The notes beneath the pieces were generated by a model, which had not been told where the DNA came from, ran no database searches, and was given only the letters and a program-made list of their open reading frames with translations. A program made the translations under genes and the position numbers. A stretch of DNA of 60,330 nucleotides from an uncultured Candidatus Bathyarchaeia archaeon (GTDB lineage Archaea; Thermoproteota; Bathyarchaeia; 40CM-2-53-6; JALHTG01). Of this stretch, positions 15,313-24,448 are shown piece after piece. The DNA lies in the NCBI GenBank assembly GCA_964631575.1, contig CAZVYD010000002.1, forward strand, positions 1 to 60,330. Reading direction: 5' to 3'. Position 1 is the first letter of the stretch. Each line of letters starts with the position of its first letter.

Positions 15313-16485
15313 GTGGACTCGACTATCCGAAGAGAAACATTGACGAGGCTGACCACCGTAGAGCCGGGACGCCACTTTTGGCAGGGCAATGTCGCATGTG
15401 CCGAAGGCGCGCTTGCCGCTGGATGCCGGTTCTTTGCAGGGTATCCGATCACGCCCGCCAACGAGATATCAGAGTGGATGTCACGTAGGATGCCCGCTCT
15501 TGGTGGAGTCTGCATCCAGCTGGAGGATGAGATAGCCTCGATGGGCGCAGTCATAGGTGCTAGTTGGGGGGGAGTGAAATCTATGACAGCGACCTCTGGG
15601 CCAGGGTTCAGCCTCATGCAGGAAAATATCGGCCTGGCAATCATGATTGAGACCCCCTGCGTCGTAGTGGATGCACAGAGAGCGGGGCCAAGCACTGGAC
15701 AGGCAACGAAGTGCGCTCAGGGCGACATCATGCAAGCCAGATGGGGTACACATGGCGACCATGAGATCATAGCTCTGGCACCAAACTCCGTGCAAGAAAT
15801 GTTCAACCTCACTATCAGGGCCTTCAACCTATCTGAACAATACAGGACGCCGGTCATCCTTCTTACAGATGAGATAATCTCGCATCTCAGAGAGCGAATT
15901 GACCTCCCTGAGCACATTGAAGTCTTCGACAGAAAGGAGATTTCTCAGCCGCCTTTCTTCACTTCAGGCGACGAGTTTCCGAAAGGTATGCCTCCACTAG
16001 GGAGAGGACTGGCTGTCAGCGTAACCGGTTCTACTCATGACTCAGTAGGCATTAGAGCGACCTCAGATCCCGAAATTCACAGGAAACTAGTGGAAGGCCT
16101 AGCGTCCAAGATCCGCCGAGACAGAGACAAGCTTGCCGATTTCGAGGAGACAGGAATTGAGGGGTGCGACATTGGAGTCATATCGTTCGGATGCACATCG
16201 CGAGCTGTCTACGATGCAATTGAGATCGCGGCAACGCACGCGATAAAGGTAGGTCATCTGCGGCTCAAAACCATATGGCCCTTTCCCGATGAGAAGATCC
16301 GAAAGCTAGCAGAGAGCGCGAGAACCGTTCTGGTGCCCGAAATGAATCTAGGTCAACTTTCTCTTGAGGTCGAGAGAGTGGCGCCCGAAGGCACAAAGAT
16401 TGCTCCGGTCAGCAAGATCGGCGGCGGGCTGATGTTTACCCCTGAAGAGATATCGTCGGCGATACTCCAAAACGTGGAAAGGTGA
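15313..16485 (+). CDS. 2-oxoacid:ferredoxin oxidoreductase, alpha subunit
   Basis: GNVACAEGALAAGCRFFAGYPITPANEI and SGPGFSLMQE motifs. It overlaps the beta subunit gene by 4 nt. Confidence 0.85.
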   Translation: MDSTIRRETLTRLTTVEPGRHFWQGNVACAEGALAAGCRFFAGYPITPANEISEWMSRRMPALGGVCIQLEDEIASMGAVIGASWGGVKSMTATSGPGFSLMQENIGLAIMIETPCVVVDAQRAGPSTGQATKCAQGDIMQARWGTHGDHEIIALAPNSVQEMFNLTIRAFNLSEQYRTPVILLTDEIISHLRERIDLPEHIEVFDRKEISQPPFFTSGDEFPKGMPPLGRGLAVSVTGSTHDSVGIRATSDPEIHRKLVEGLASKIRRDRDKLADFEETGIEGCDIGVISFGCTSRAVYDAIEIAATHAIKVGHLRLKTIWPFPDEKIRKLAESARTVLVPEMNLGQLSLEVERVAPEGTKIAPVSKIGGGLMFTPEEISSAILQNVER

Positions 16486-17330
16486 TATGTTTGAAGGAAG
16501 ATCTTCACTTCGCCCGAAACTATCTTCGTGAGGAAGCCCTGCCTTCCACTTTCTGTCCAGGGTGCGGCTGCGGAATGCTGGCAAACTGTTTCCTGAAGGC
16601 AATTGAGGAGATGGGCCACCGAGATCTGAAGCAGTTTGTCTTCTGCAGTGGAATAGGTTGTTCATCGTGGATCCCTTCCCCTCACTTCAGAGCAGATACA
16701 ATTCATGTTACTCATGGAAGAAGTATCCCGGTTGCACTTGGAATAAAGCTAGCTAGACCTGAACTCAAAGTGGTGGTCATCGGAGGAGACGGAGACATTG
16801 CGGGGATTGGGTTGAATCATGTCGTTCAGGCCGCAAGGCGGAACCTTGATCTGACAGTGTTTATGGCGAACAACATGATCTACGGTATGACTGGAGGGCA
16901 GATTGCCCCAACTACTCCTCTCGGCGTGAAGACAAGCACAACTCCTCATGGATCGTTTGAATATCCCTTGGATGTCTCCAAGCTCATGGTTGCTTCTGGT
17001 GCCTCCTACGTGGCTAGATGGACAACTTTCCATGCGATTCAACTCAAAGGAGCGATAAGGGATGCCCTTGCTAAGGAAGGCTTCTCTTTCATTGAAGTCA
17101 TTACGCAATGTCCCGCGATATTTGGGCGAAGGCTCGGCATGGAGGAAGGCAAAAGAATGCTCAGCTGGTTTCGGGACAATTCGATTCCTCTTTCAAAAGC
17201 GAAGGACATGGAGGAGGAGCTCTTGGCCGGAAAGATTGTTGTCGGTAAGCTTGTGGACATCAAGAAGCTCGGCCTCCTGCGGAACCTTAACGAACTGAGA
17301 GGAAGGGTGACAAGATCTGAGCAAGCGTGA
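16482..17330 (+). CDS. 2-oxoacid:ferredoxin oxidoreductase, beta (TPP-binding) subunit
   Basis: FCPGCGCG plus GIGCSSW cysteines, and the GGDGD...NNMIYGMTGGQ thiamine-PP motif. Confidence 0.85.
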   Translation: MICLKEDLHFARNYLREEALPSTFCPGCGCGMLANCFLKAIEEMGHRDLKQFVFCSGIGCSSWIPSPHFRADTIHVTHGRSIPVALGIKLARPELKVVVIGGDGDIAGIGLNHVVQAARRNLDLTVFMANNMIYGMTGGQIAPTTPLGVKTSTTPHGSFEYPLDVSKLMVASGASYVARWTTFHAIQLKGAIRDALAKEGFSFIEVITQCPAIFGRRLGMEEGKRMLSWFRDNSIPLSKAKDMEEELLAGKIVVGKLVDIKKLGLLRNLNELRGRVTRSEQA

Positions 17331-17343
17331 ACGGGTCGAGGTA

Positions 17344-17883
17344 TTGATTGATGGCATGGGAGGCCAAGGGGTCGTGTTGCTCGGAACTATCTTGGGAACG
17401 GCCGCAGTAGCATATGAGGGGAAATACGCCACCCAAGCCTCTAGCTATGGAACTGAGGCTCGCGGAGGCCCAGCCAAGAGTCAAGTCGTCATCTCATCTA
17501 GAAGCATAGGCTACCCCGAAGTCAGGCAATTGGATATTCTGGTTGCCATGACTCAAGAGGCCTTGAGCGCTCATGTAAAGACGCTAGGCAAGGAGACGAC
17601 GGTAATTGTTGACTCAGACTTGGTCAGAGATGTCCCGTCGACACTTGGAAAGGTCCGGAGAATTCCTGCCACGAGGCTTTCGGAGCAGAGTTTTACTTCG
17701 AGGAGCTATGCAAACATAGTCATGCTTGGAGCTTTGGTTAGGCTAACAGGCCTGGTGAGCCTTGGGGCCGCAAGGAATGCCATCACTGTCACTGTGCCTC
17801 CGGACACTGTCGAGAAGAACCTGAAGGCTTTCGAACTCGGCTTCAAGGCAGCCGAGGATTCTGGCCAGTCAGGACGGAAATGA
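17344..17883 (+). CDS. 2-oxoacid:ferredoxin oxidoreductase, gamma subunit
   Basis: GMGGQGVVLLGTILGTAA... and YGTEARGGPA motifs. The TTG start may clip the first beta-strand: the in-frame upstream codons read ERVEV before it. Confidence 0.8.
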   Translation: MIDGMGGQGVVLLGTILGTAAVAYEGKYATQASSYGTEARGGPAKSQVVISSRSIGYPEVRQLDILVAMTQEALSAHVKTLGKETTVIVDSDLVRDVPSTLGKVRRIPATRLSEQSFTSRSYANIVMLGALVRLTGLVSLGAARNAITVTVPPDTVEKNLKAFELGFKAAEDSGQSGRK

Positions 17884-17896
17884 GTGTTTCTGAAAA

Positions 17897-18373
17897 TTAC
17901 TTGACGACCAGCACTGGGGCAGGTGATAGGCGGAGAACTTCCTCTGTTGTACTTCCCATCATTGCACGTCTGGCTCCAGTTAGCCCCTTTGAACCCATGA
18001 TAACTAGATCTATGTCATGCTCCATTATGCTCTTGAGAATCTCTTCGGCGGGGAGTCCTCGCCTTATCTCACGGTGAGCCTTGACCCTCGAATCTTCAGA
18101 GTGTCTGACCACCTCGTTGAGGTAAGCATTGGCGATGTTCGTGACCCTTTCGTCAACGGTGATCATGTCCACTCCGGTAAGCTCTAGGGCCTGAACAGTG
18201 CGGCTGTCGATCACGTGAACAAAGCGAATTTCAGAGCCGAGAAGCTTAGCCAGTTGAACAGCCTTCTTTGCAGCCAAGGCAGAGAGCGCCGAACCGTCAA
18301 CTGGAACAAGAAACCTCTGATACAAGTCCTGCACCCGTGTCCGAAAGCTTACAGCTGAACGCGCGTTTATCAA
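17897..18373 (-). CDS. Universal stress protein (UspA family)
   Basis: FLVPVDGS..., a C-terminal VIMGSKGLTGARRAMMGSTTEEVLR ATP-binding motif, and a size of 158 aa. Confidence 0.85.
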   Translation of the reverse strand: MINARSAVSFRTRVQDLYQRFLVPVDGSALSALAAKKAVQLAKLLGSEIRFVHVIDSRTVQALELTGVDMITVDERVTNIANAYLNEVVRHSEDSRVKAHREIRRGLPAEEILKSIMEHDIDLVIMGSKGLTGARRAMMGSTTEEVLRLSPAPVLVVK

Positions 18374-18402
18374 GCTTCTCTAAGATTCGAAGGGCTCAAG
18401 GA

Positions 18403-19179
18403 TCACCAAAGCCGGGGAAGCTGAAAAGGAATTTCGATAGAAGGAAGCTGGGCGTAAATGCTCGCCCATGCCGCCAAGAGGAGCAATACAATGGAGATAA
18501 GGATAGTAAGGTAGTCAGATGTCTTCATTCGCAGGACGATAAGAGATTGTCTCCGAGAAGTCAATCCAAACGCCCTTGACTCAAGGGCCTCAGCGAGCTC
18601 TACGCTTCTTCGAATAGCGGAGACGATTAGTGGAATCAGTATGGGGATGTAGTTTCTGATCCTCTTGAGAAAGTTGCCCTTATCCAGTTCAAGGCCCCTA
18701 GATCGCTGGGCGTCGACGACCGTTTGGGCATCAACAGCCATAGTTGGGACAAGCCTCACGGCAGTCGTAAACGTGAAGCACAGTGAATACGGAACATGTG
18801 CCTGTTCCAGAGCCAGTCCCAAGTCATCTGGTGATGTCGTCATGAAGAATATCGAGAATGATGACATCAATGCCAGAAACCTGATTGTCATTGCGAGCGA
18901 ATAGGTGAAAGTTGATCCGGTTAGCAGATTCATGAAAAAGATCAGGCCAGCTAAGAAGACTCCCCCCTTCATCGATCCTCCCCAGCGCCTAATTGACCTT
19001 CCTAGCCAGATCAGTGGAATTTGAGCCAACAATATGACTGTGAGAATCAGCACATTTGTGAAGAGAAGCGAAATCGCAAACACCACCATGATCATCACAA
19101 ACTTTGCTCTTGGATCCATTGAATGGATCGGAGTCTGAAGCTTAGTAAACTTGAAGCCCTCAAAAACGCGCATCGACAC
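18403..19179 (-). CDS. ecfT: ECF transporter transmembrane (T) component
   Basis: Polytopic 258-aa protein with the CbiQ/EcfT coupling-helix motifs (AQRSRG, ALESRAFG). It is coupled to two upstream ABC ATPase genes. Confidence 0.8.
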   Translation of the reverse strand: MSMRVFEGFKFTKLQTPIHSMDPRAKFVMIMVVFAISLLFTNVLILTVILLAQIPLIWLGRSIRRWGGSMKGGVFLAGLIFFMNLLTGSTFTYSLAMTIRFLALMSSFSIFFMTTSPDDLGLALEQAHVPYSLCFTFTTAVRLVPTMAVDAQTVVDAQRSRGLELDKGNFLKRIRNYIPILIPLIVSAIRRSVELAEALESRAFGLTSRRQSLIVLRMKTSDYLTILISIVLLLLAAWASIYAQLPSIEIPFQLPRLW

Positions 19180-19994
19180 TACTTTCTCCCCCGAACAACA
19201 TTGCTAATGATGGCCTTCGCAGAGAAGACGTCGATAACATCTCGCGGTAGGCCTGAAACGGATGAGAAGAGAAGGGAAATTTGCGGGCGAAGAAGTGACG
19301 CCCGTTCGACCAGCGCACCATCAGTCAATATTTCTTCCGCGGTGCCGTCGGCTGTGATCCTCCCTCCCGAGAGCAAGACTACACGTGGCTTGCATTCAGC
19401 AACGAACTCAACATCATGAGTCACAACGACAACTGTCTTTCGCTGGGCATTCAATTGAACTATGAAGTTTCTCAATCGATCCTTCTGCTGATAGTCCTGG
19501 CCGATTGTAGGCTCATCTAACACTATGTGCTTGGGATTCGAAACCAGAACAGATGCCAAGGCGACTCTCTTTCTTTCGCCTCCACTCAACATGAAAGGTG
19601 ACGAATCTATGTACGGCATCAGATCCAGTGTCTCTAAGATTCCTCTGACTCTTCTTTCAATTACGTCTAGCGGGTAGCCAAAGTTCCTTAGAGAGTAAGC
19701 CACCTCGTCTCTCACGGTCTCGCAGAATAGTTGGTGGTCAGGATTCTGAAAGACCAGCCCCACTGATCGGGCGAGAGCGGCAACGCTCGTCTTCTTTGTC
19801 TCAACATCGTCAATGAGCACTCTACCATCCGTAGGTTTTAGCAGGCCGTTGAATGTCTTGACCAAGGTTGTCTTTCCGGCTCCGTTCTCACCCATTATTG
19901 CAACGAAGTCACCATCTTCTATGGTGAGATCAATGCCACGAAGCACCTCGTTCGCGTTCGGGTAGACATAGCGAAGGCTCTCGACCGCGATCAA
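19179..19994 (-). CDS. ecfA2: ECF transporter ATPase component
   Basis: Walker A GENGAGKTT, signature LSGGERKR and Walker B IVLDEPT. Confidence 0.85.
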   Translation of the reverse strand: MIAVESLRYVYPNANEVLRGIDLTIEDGDFVAIMGENGAGKTTLVKTFNGLLKPTDGRVLIDDVETKKTSVAALARSVGLVFQNPDHQLFCETVRDEVAYSLRNFGYPLDVIERRVRGILETLDLMPYIDSSPFMLSGGERKRVALASVLVSNPKHIVLDEPTIGQDYQQKDRLRNFIVQLNAQRKTVVVVTHDVEFVAECKPRVVLLSGGRITADGTAEEILTDGALVERASLLRPQISLLFSSVSGLPRDVIDVFSAKAIISNVVRGRK

Positions 19995-20833
19995 TCTGTG
20001 AGAATCCTCCTCAACTCCTTCTCGGCCTCTTCGACGGTGACAGGAATCTTTTCGATCTGCAGCCCGTCCTGCCTCAGGAGATGAAATAGTAAGGCCACCT
20101 TTGGCACTCCTATCCCGATCAAATGAGCCTCCTTGCCGTACACATTTCGAGGAGGCCCGTCGAGTGCGACGACGCCCTTGTCCAAGACAACTATTCTGTC
20201 GGAGTGCCTTGTAGCAAGATCGAGTCTATGCTCTACAAGGATCACGGTTATTCCCAGCTCCCTATTCAGCTTCGCAACTACGCCGAGGATCTCCCGCGAT
20301 GATTTGGGATCCAGAAAAGAGGTGGGCTCGTCTAACACCATCACCTCGGGTTCCATAGCGAGGACCGATGCTATGGCGACTCTTTGCTGCTGTCCACCCG
20401 ATAGCTCGTACGGGGCTCTGTCTCTCAACACTTCGGTTCCTGTGACTTTCAGCGCCCATTCGACTCTCTTCCTGATTTCCTCTCGATCAAGCCCCAGATT
20501 CTCTGGGCCGAAAGCCACATCTCTTTCCGCTGTCAAAGAGAATAGTTGGTTTTCAGGGCTCTGAAAAACGAATCCAACATGTCGGGACAGCACACTAGTT
20601 GGCTGTCGTCGGATGTCAAGTCCGCAAACAGAGACTTCTCCGGTCAACTCTCCGGTGTAGAAGTTAGGAACGAGCCCGTTAAGGCATCTGCAGAGCGTAG
20701 TCTTCCCGCAACCACTCGGACCAGTGACTATGACGAACTCCCCCTTCTCCACCTCGAGGTTGATGTTATTGAGAGACGGCCGAGGCGCTCCTGCATAAGA
20801 GAAGGAAAGATTCTTGATGTCGATGATTGGCAA
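19991..20833 (-). CDS. ecfA1: ECF transporter ATPase component
   Basis: Walker A GPSGCGKTT, signature LSGGQQQR and Walker B MVLDEPT. Confidence 0.85.
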   Translation of the reverse strand: MPIIDIKNLSFSYAGAPRPSLNNINLEVEKGEFVIVTGPSGCGKTTLCRCLNGLVPNFYTGELTGEVSVCGLDIRRQPTSVLSRHVGFVFQSPENQLFSLTAERDVAFGPENLGLDREEIRKRVEWALKVTGTEVLRDRAPYELSGGQQQRVAIASVLAMEPEVMVLDEPTSFLDPKSSREILGVVAKLNRELGITVILVEHRLDLATRHSDRIVVLDKGVVALDGPPRNVYGKEAHLIGIGVPKVALLFHLLRQDGLQIEKIPVTVEEAEKELRRILTD

Positions 20834-20980
20834 GCGATCGAAGCCTCACATAGTTGATGGATATTGTGCTTCCATTCTTGGGTAGCTACTCATTCTTGTT
20901 TTCGCGGAATATGAAGAAGAGGGCTATTTATCGGTATTTTTGCTGTCGAATTATCGGTGCAGCTCATGTTGACAGAAGGG

Positions 20981-21988
20981 TCAGACGCAGCTGGCTCGCT
21001 CCCTCTCCTGAAGCTTTTCCGTGATCACGCTGAGACATCTTTCAAGGGCTACCTTCGCCTTGCCGTGGCCACATATGGCTGAGGAGAGGGCGTGTCCGCC
21101 TCCTGCTCCGTTGACTAGATCCCCTATGGGCCTGGCCACATCTCTGCCTAGGTGAATTCCAGTCTTTTCGTAGAAATCTTGCGTGGATCGAAGGCTCATC
21201 CGTAGTCTGTCCTTCTTCTCTCCCACGACCATTGCCACATCTGCCCCCAGCATTATGAGACCTCTGGCGACGGATGCCTGATGAGAGCCCACATGTGATG
21301 TCACCAGATCCCACCCTTTCACTCGTCTTAGGAGAAGTCGCTGTGACCCCTTCAGCCTCGCGATTTTCTCAGACTCAGTCATCGGAACCTGCAAGAGCCT
21401 CATTGCTTTGCGGGTATCCAATCCCGAGGACACAAGCTCACCCGCAACCTTGAACACTTCTGATGTCGCAAGAGCAAAGTGCCTAGAATCATAGGCCATG
21501 CCAAGAAAAAGTGCAAGCGCTACTGCTCTGCTTGGACGCAATCTCAACTCTCGGCAGAGCCTGTGAACAATCTCGGCCGTCGAAGAGGCCCGCTCATCAG
21601 CAATGACATGGCTTGAAGCCTTCAGAGTTCTCGGATCCGGATTGTGGTGATCTATAACAACTACTGGTCCCTCAAACTGTTCTAGAAGCTCTTCGTATCT
21701 TCCAAGCTGAGAAAGAGTATTCGTGTCAACAGTGAATACGACATCATAACTCTTGAGGTCCTGAGGCTCTTGAAGCCTCATCCTAACTTGGCCAAGGATT
21801 TGCCTTGTCACCCTGCTCACCCCTTCAGGAGCGACCAGGTGAACCTTGACTCTCCTGTTGAGTTTCCTTAGCAGAAATGAAAGCGCAAACGCTGAACAGA
21901 GTGCATCAGGATCGGCGTTTTGATGCGAGAGTATGACCGCTCTTCTAGATGCCTTCACCAATGGTAGAATCCGTCGAAAGGCGCGCAA
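20981..21988 (-). CDS. DHH/DHHA1 family phosphoesterase (NrnA-like)
   Basis: Motifs SHQNADPDALCSA, VDT, VVVIDHH and a C-terminal GGGHALSS (the DHHA1 GGGH). TTG start. Confidence 0.75.
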   Translation of the reverse strand: MRAFRRILPLVKASRRAVILSHQNADPDALCSAFALSFLLRKLNRRVKVHLVAPEGVSRVTRQILGQVRMRLQEPQDLKSYDVVFTVDTNTLSQLGRYEELLEQFEGPVVVIDHHNPDPRTLKASSHVIADERASSTAEIVHRLCRELRLRPSRAVALALFLGMAYDSRHFALATSEVFKVAGELVSSGLDTRKAMRLLQVPMTESEKIARLKGSQRLLLRRVKGWDLVTSHVGSHQASVARGLIMLGADVAMVVGEKKDRLRMSLRSTQDFYEKTGIHLGRDVARPIGDLVNGAGGGHALSSAICGHGKAKVALERCLSVITEKLQERERASCV

Positions 21989-22126
21989 ATCCGGACCAAC
22001 AGCTTTCTCTCGGCTATATAGCAGTAAGGTATCCTTTCCATTTCTCGGGTTCTTCGACGAAGAGAAGCCATCGCAAGACTTGCGGGCATTCTCCTGACTG
22101 TGAGATGTTCGAATAGCAGGGCCGGG

Positions 22127-22444
22127 TCAAGCACGTCCCCTGTTCCTGCAAAGTCTGAGATCTATTGCCTTGTTTTCAGCCGCTGAGAACGCTGCGTCTG
22201 TCGCCTCGCTCAGCACTGAATCTAGTTGCGGTAAGTCGCGGCTTGGCGTCAGAGAAACATCGATCGTTAGCCTTAGAGGCCTCGTTCCCTCAGCCCGCAT
22301 AGTAATCTGAAGATCGTCTATGCGCTTTAGCCCTATCTGTCTCTCAAGTACGTGTTCTACAGCCTCTTCAGCCGTCGAGCAGAGTTCTTCAATCTCTTTG
22401 GCAGACGGTCTTCGTCTGAGCACAATTCCCACGTTAAGGTTCAC
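22127..22444 (-). CDS. Small conserved hypothetical protein downstream of prefoldin beta
   Basis: 105-aa ORF with protein-like composition, in an operon-like position after pfdB. I cannot assign a family from the sequence. Confidence 0.4.
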   Translation of the reverse strand: MNLNVGIVLRRRPSAKEIEELCSTAEEAVEHVLERQIGLKRIDDLQITMRAEGTRPLRLTIDVSLTPSRDLPQLDSVLSEATDAAFSAAENKAIDLRLCRNRGRA

Positions 22445-22454
22445 ATCGTCTGTG

Positions 22455-22823
22455 TTATGTCGGTGTGGTGCTCGGTGTCTTCAATCGTTGCTGAAGCCTG
22501 TCTTGCAGCTCTTTCATTCTTTCTCTTGTTCTGTCCTCTTGCTTGCCTAGAACAGTCACACGGGCATTAAGTAGCTCCTTTCTCTCCTTCAGTTCACCCA
22601 TTAGCCCTTGTCTCTCTGCCTTGAGCAGAATGCTCCCAACGCTCTTGTAAACAGGAGTATCGTCAGTGATCTTCTCCAGTTCGGAGAGAGACTTTTCCGT
22701 TTCACTCAACTCCAGCTCCAGTTGTTGCTTCTGTGTCACCACGATCTGCAATGTCTGCTGTAGCTGTTGAAGTCTGACGAGGTCCTCCTGCACTTGAGGA
22801 GGCAACTGTGCTTCTTCAGTCAT
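22455..22823 (-). CDS. pfdB: Prefoldin beta subunit
   Basis: 122 aa with two long heptad-repeat coiled-coil arms (QQLQQTLQIVVTQKQQLELEL... and ...LNARVTVLGKQEDRTRERMKELQ) flanking the central beta-hairpin VYKSVGSILLK. Confidence 0.85.
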   Translation of the reverse strand: MTEEAQLPPQVQEDLVRLQQLQQTLQIVVTQKQQLELELSETEKSLSELEKITDDTPVYKSVGSILLKAERQGLMGELKERKELLNARVTVLGKQEDRTRERMKELQDRLQQRLKTPSTTPT

Positions 22824-22940
22824 TGTCTCACTCTCAAAGGCCAGCGTTGACTACGCTTGTAGACCACCTTGGATAAGAACATAACGAAAGCGCTTCGCCA
22901 TCATTTCTTCCCGGCTGAAGAGAGTTTCATCTTCTTTGCG

Positions 22941-23156
22941 CTATAGCTTCTTGAACATCAACTCTAGAAGAGCTATGACAACAAAGGCTATTCCTGCATA
23001 CGTGAGGCTTCCCGTGTAGAGCCAAACAATAATCGCTCCAATCAGAGGTATCACATAGTGAATGATCGCCCTGATGAGCATCAAGATTGCTATTCCAACA
23101 AGTACGAGAACTATGAAGACGATCACGTCGCTGCCTAGGATGCCAAACACTGTCAT
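22941..23156 (-). CDS. Small membrane protein (two TM helices)
   Basis: 71 aa, almost entirely hydrophobic (VIVFIVLVLVGIAILMLI..., IAFVVIALLELMF). Confidence 0.4.
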   Translation of the reverse strand: MTVFGILGSDVIVFIVLVLVGIAILMLIRAIIHYVIPLIGAIIVWLYTGSLTYAGIAFVVIALLELMFKKL

Positions 23157-23224
23157 CTCCTCACATACTTTGTGGGGGTCTCACAACAATAAGAGTGAAT
23201 CTGCCTCAGCTCAAGCATCGTTCT

Positions 23225-23527
23225 TCACATCGCTGTCTTGGCTGACACAACGCGCTTCGCGGCGCTCCGTTGTTCAAAGTAACTAGCAACCTGAATGAGT
23301 TCAGCGGAGCCTGACACCCACCTTAGGTATGAGTTGATTGCAGCGCGTAGTGCGCTAATGTCCTTCGCAGAGACGGCTATCTGCAAGCTCTTCCCTTCTA
23401 GCACGATTGTGACCTTGGATCTTGGCCCGATCGAATGCTTCGTCTCGGGTTTCAAGGCTCTGTAGACCGCCTCCGCATATGTCTTTGAAGTGAACTCTAC
23501 CGAGATTTCAGCTCTCGTAGCTTTCAT
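23225..23527 (-). CDS. pcc1: KEOPS subunit Pcc1
   Basis: MKATRAEISVEFTSKTYAEAVYRALKPE...LQIAVSAKDISALRAAINSYLRWV matches the Pcc1 pattern (A.D..ALRA..NSYLRW). The start is taken at the internal ATG 23527. Confidence 0.75.
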   Translation of the reverse strand: MKATRAEISVEFTSKTYAEAVYRALKPETKHSIGPRSKVTIVLEGKSLQIAVSAKDISALRAAINSYLRWVSGSAELIQVASYFEQRSAAKRVVSAKTAM

Positions 23528-24065
23528 GTAGCTTGGGCCCACCCTCATGCCACGCTAGATGGTGCACAACAAAGCCGGGCCCAACTTCCCGAGTCGCAGC
23601 CGGAGATGTCAAACATACTGCCAGCCTGTTTGAAGCACCCTCTGCAACATGAAATGAGCAAAAAAGGCCTCTATCTGATCGCAGGGGAAGATCGAGGAAG
23701 CTTGCGAGAGATTTGGCGAGATCAATCTCGATTCTTCTCCCGCCAGCCGTGATTGCCTCGGCAACGACCCTTTCCTTGATTTCATATTCTCGTCGAAGCT
23801 TCACTCCGTCAAGGAAGATGACTGGATACACGTTACGTGTCTCTCCCCTTTCGATGCGTTGGAATCTAATCTCACCGGGCTCTCCCTTCCTCCTATTGAC
23901 TATCACGAGCCGGTCAGCCTCCTTCTCAATGGCAGAGTCTACCATGTCGTGCAGGCTCATCTTGCCTCTGCGGACGATTACACAATTCCGAAGAGAATGA
24001 GAAAGATCTTTCACAAAGCTGTTTATTCGCTGCGTTGGGTTTCTGCAAGTGCTTATGACAATCAC
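23508..24065 (-). CDS. Brix-domain ribosome biogenesis protein (Imp4/Mil-like)
   Basis: MIVISTCRNPTQRINSFVKDLSHSL...RRGKMSLHDMV resembles the archaeal Brix protein N-terminus. It lies in the conserved position between L37Ae and Pcc1. Confidence 0.7.
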   Translation of the reverse strand: MIVISTCRNPTQRINSFVKDLSHSLRNCVIVRRGKMSLHDMVDSAIEKEADRLVIVNRRKGEPGEIRFQRIERGETRNVYPVIFLDGVKLRREYEIKERVVAEAITAGGRRIEIDLAKSLASFLDLPLRSDRGLFCSFHVAEGASNRLAVCLTSPAATREVGPGFVVHHLAWHEGGPKLHESYES

Positions 24066-24448
24066 TTCGACTCTTCCTTGGGAGTCTCCGGAGTCTTCTG
24101 TCTCCTTCTGGCTCTCTTCTTGGGCTCCGTGACCGCCTCAACAGCCTTCGGCGCTTCAACGAGGCCTAGCTCCGTCGCGACGGCACTGGGCGCCGCGCCT
24201 TTCGTCGCGCGTCTTGCAACTTCTCCAAGCTTTGTCTGCGCTGTGTACGCACCTCCGGCAAACCTGTATCCGCACTTCTTGCAGTACCATATCCCAACTG
24301 CTTCTCTCCTAACCGCCATGACATGACATTGAGGACATTCGCTGTATCTTCTCAACGCCCTGACAATCTCAGCGTATCTTTTCCTCGCAACTGTTCCATA
24401 CCTCGGCCCGAAACTGCCTGCCTGTCCTACCTTCTTTGTCCTTGTCAC
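24062..24448 (-). CDS. rpl37ae: Ribosomal protein eL43 (L37Ae) with a basic C-terminal extension
   Basis: KKVGQAGSFGPRYG plus the zinc ribbon CPQC...CKKCG. About 35 extra Lys/Arg/Pro/Glu-rich residues follow the conserved core. Confidence 0.9.
   Translation of the reverse strand: MTRTKKVGQAGSFGPRYGTVARKRYAEIVRALRRYSECPQCHVMAVRREAVGIWYCKKCGYRFAGGAYTAQTKLGEVARRATKGAAPSAVATELGLVEAPKAVEAVTEPKKRARRRQKTPETPKEESK

Noticed and set aside
22824-22940. C/D-box sRNA candidates (AATGATGG here; TGATGAG at about 26846; GCTGATGG...CTGA at about 51557)
   Set aside because: None has a canonical RUGAUGA C box with a correctly spaced CUGA D box and terminal stem. The 51557 pair is only 12 nt apart.
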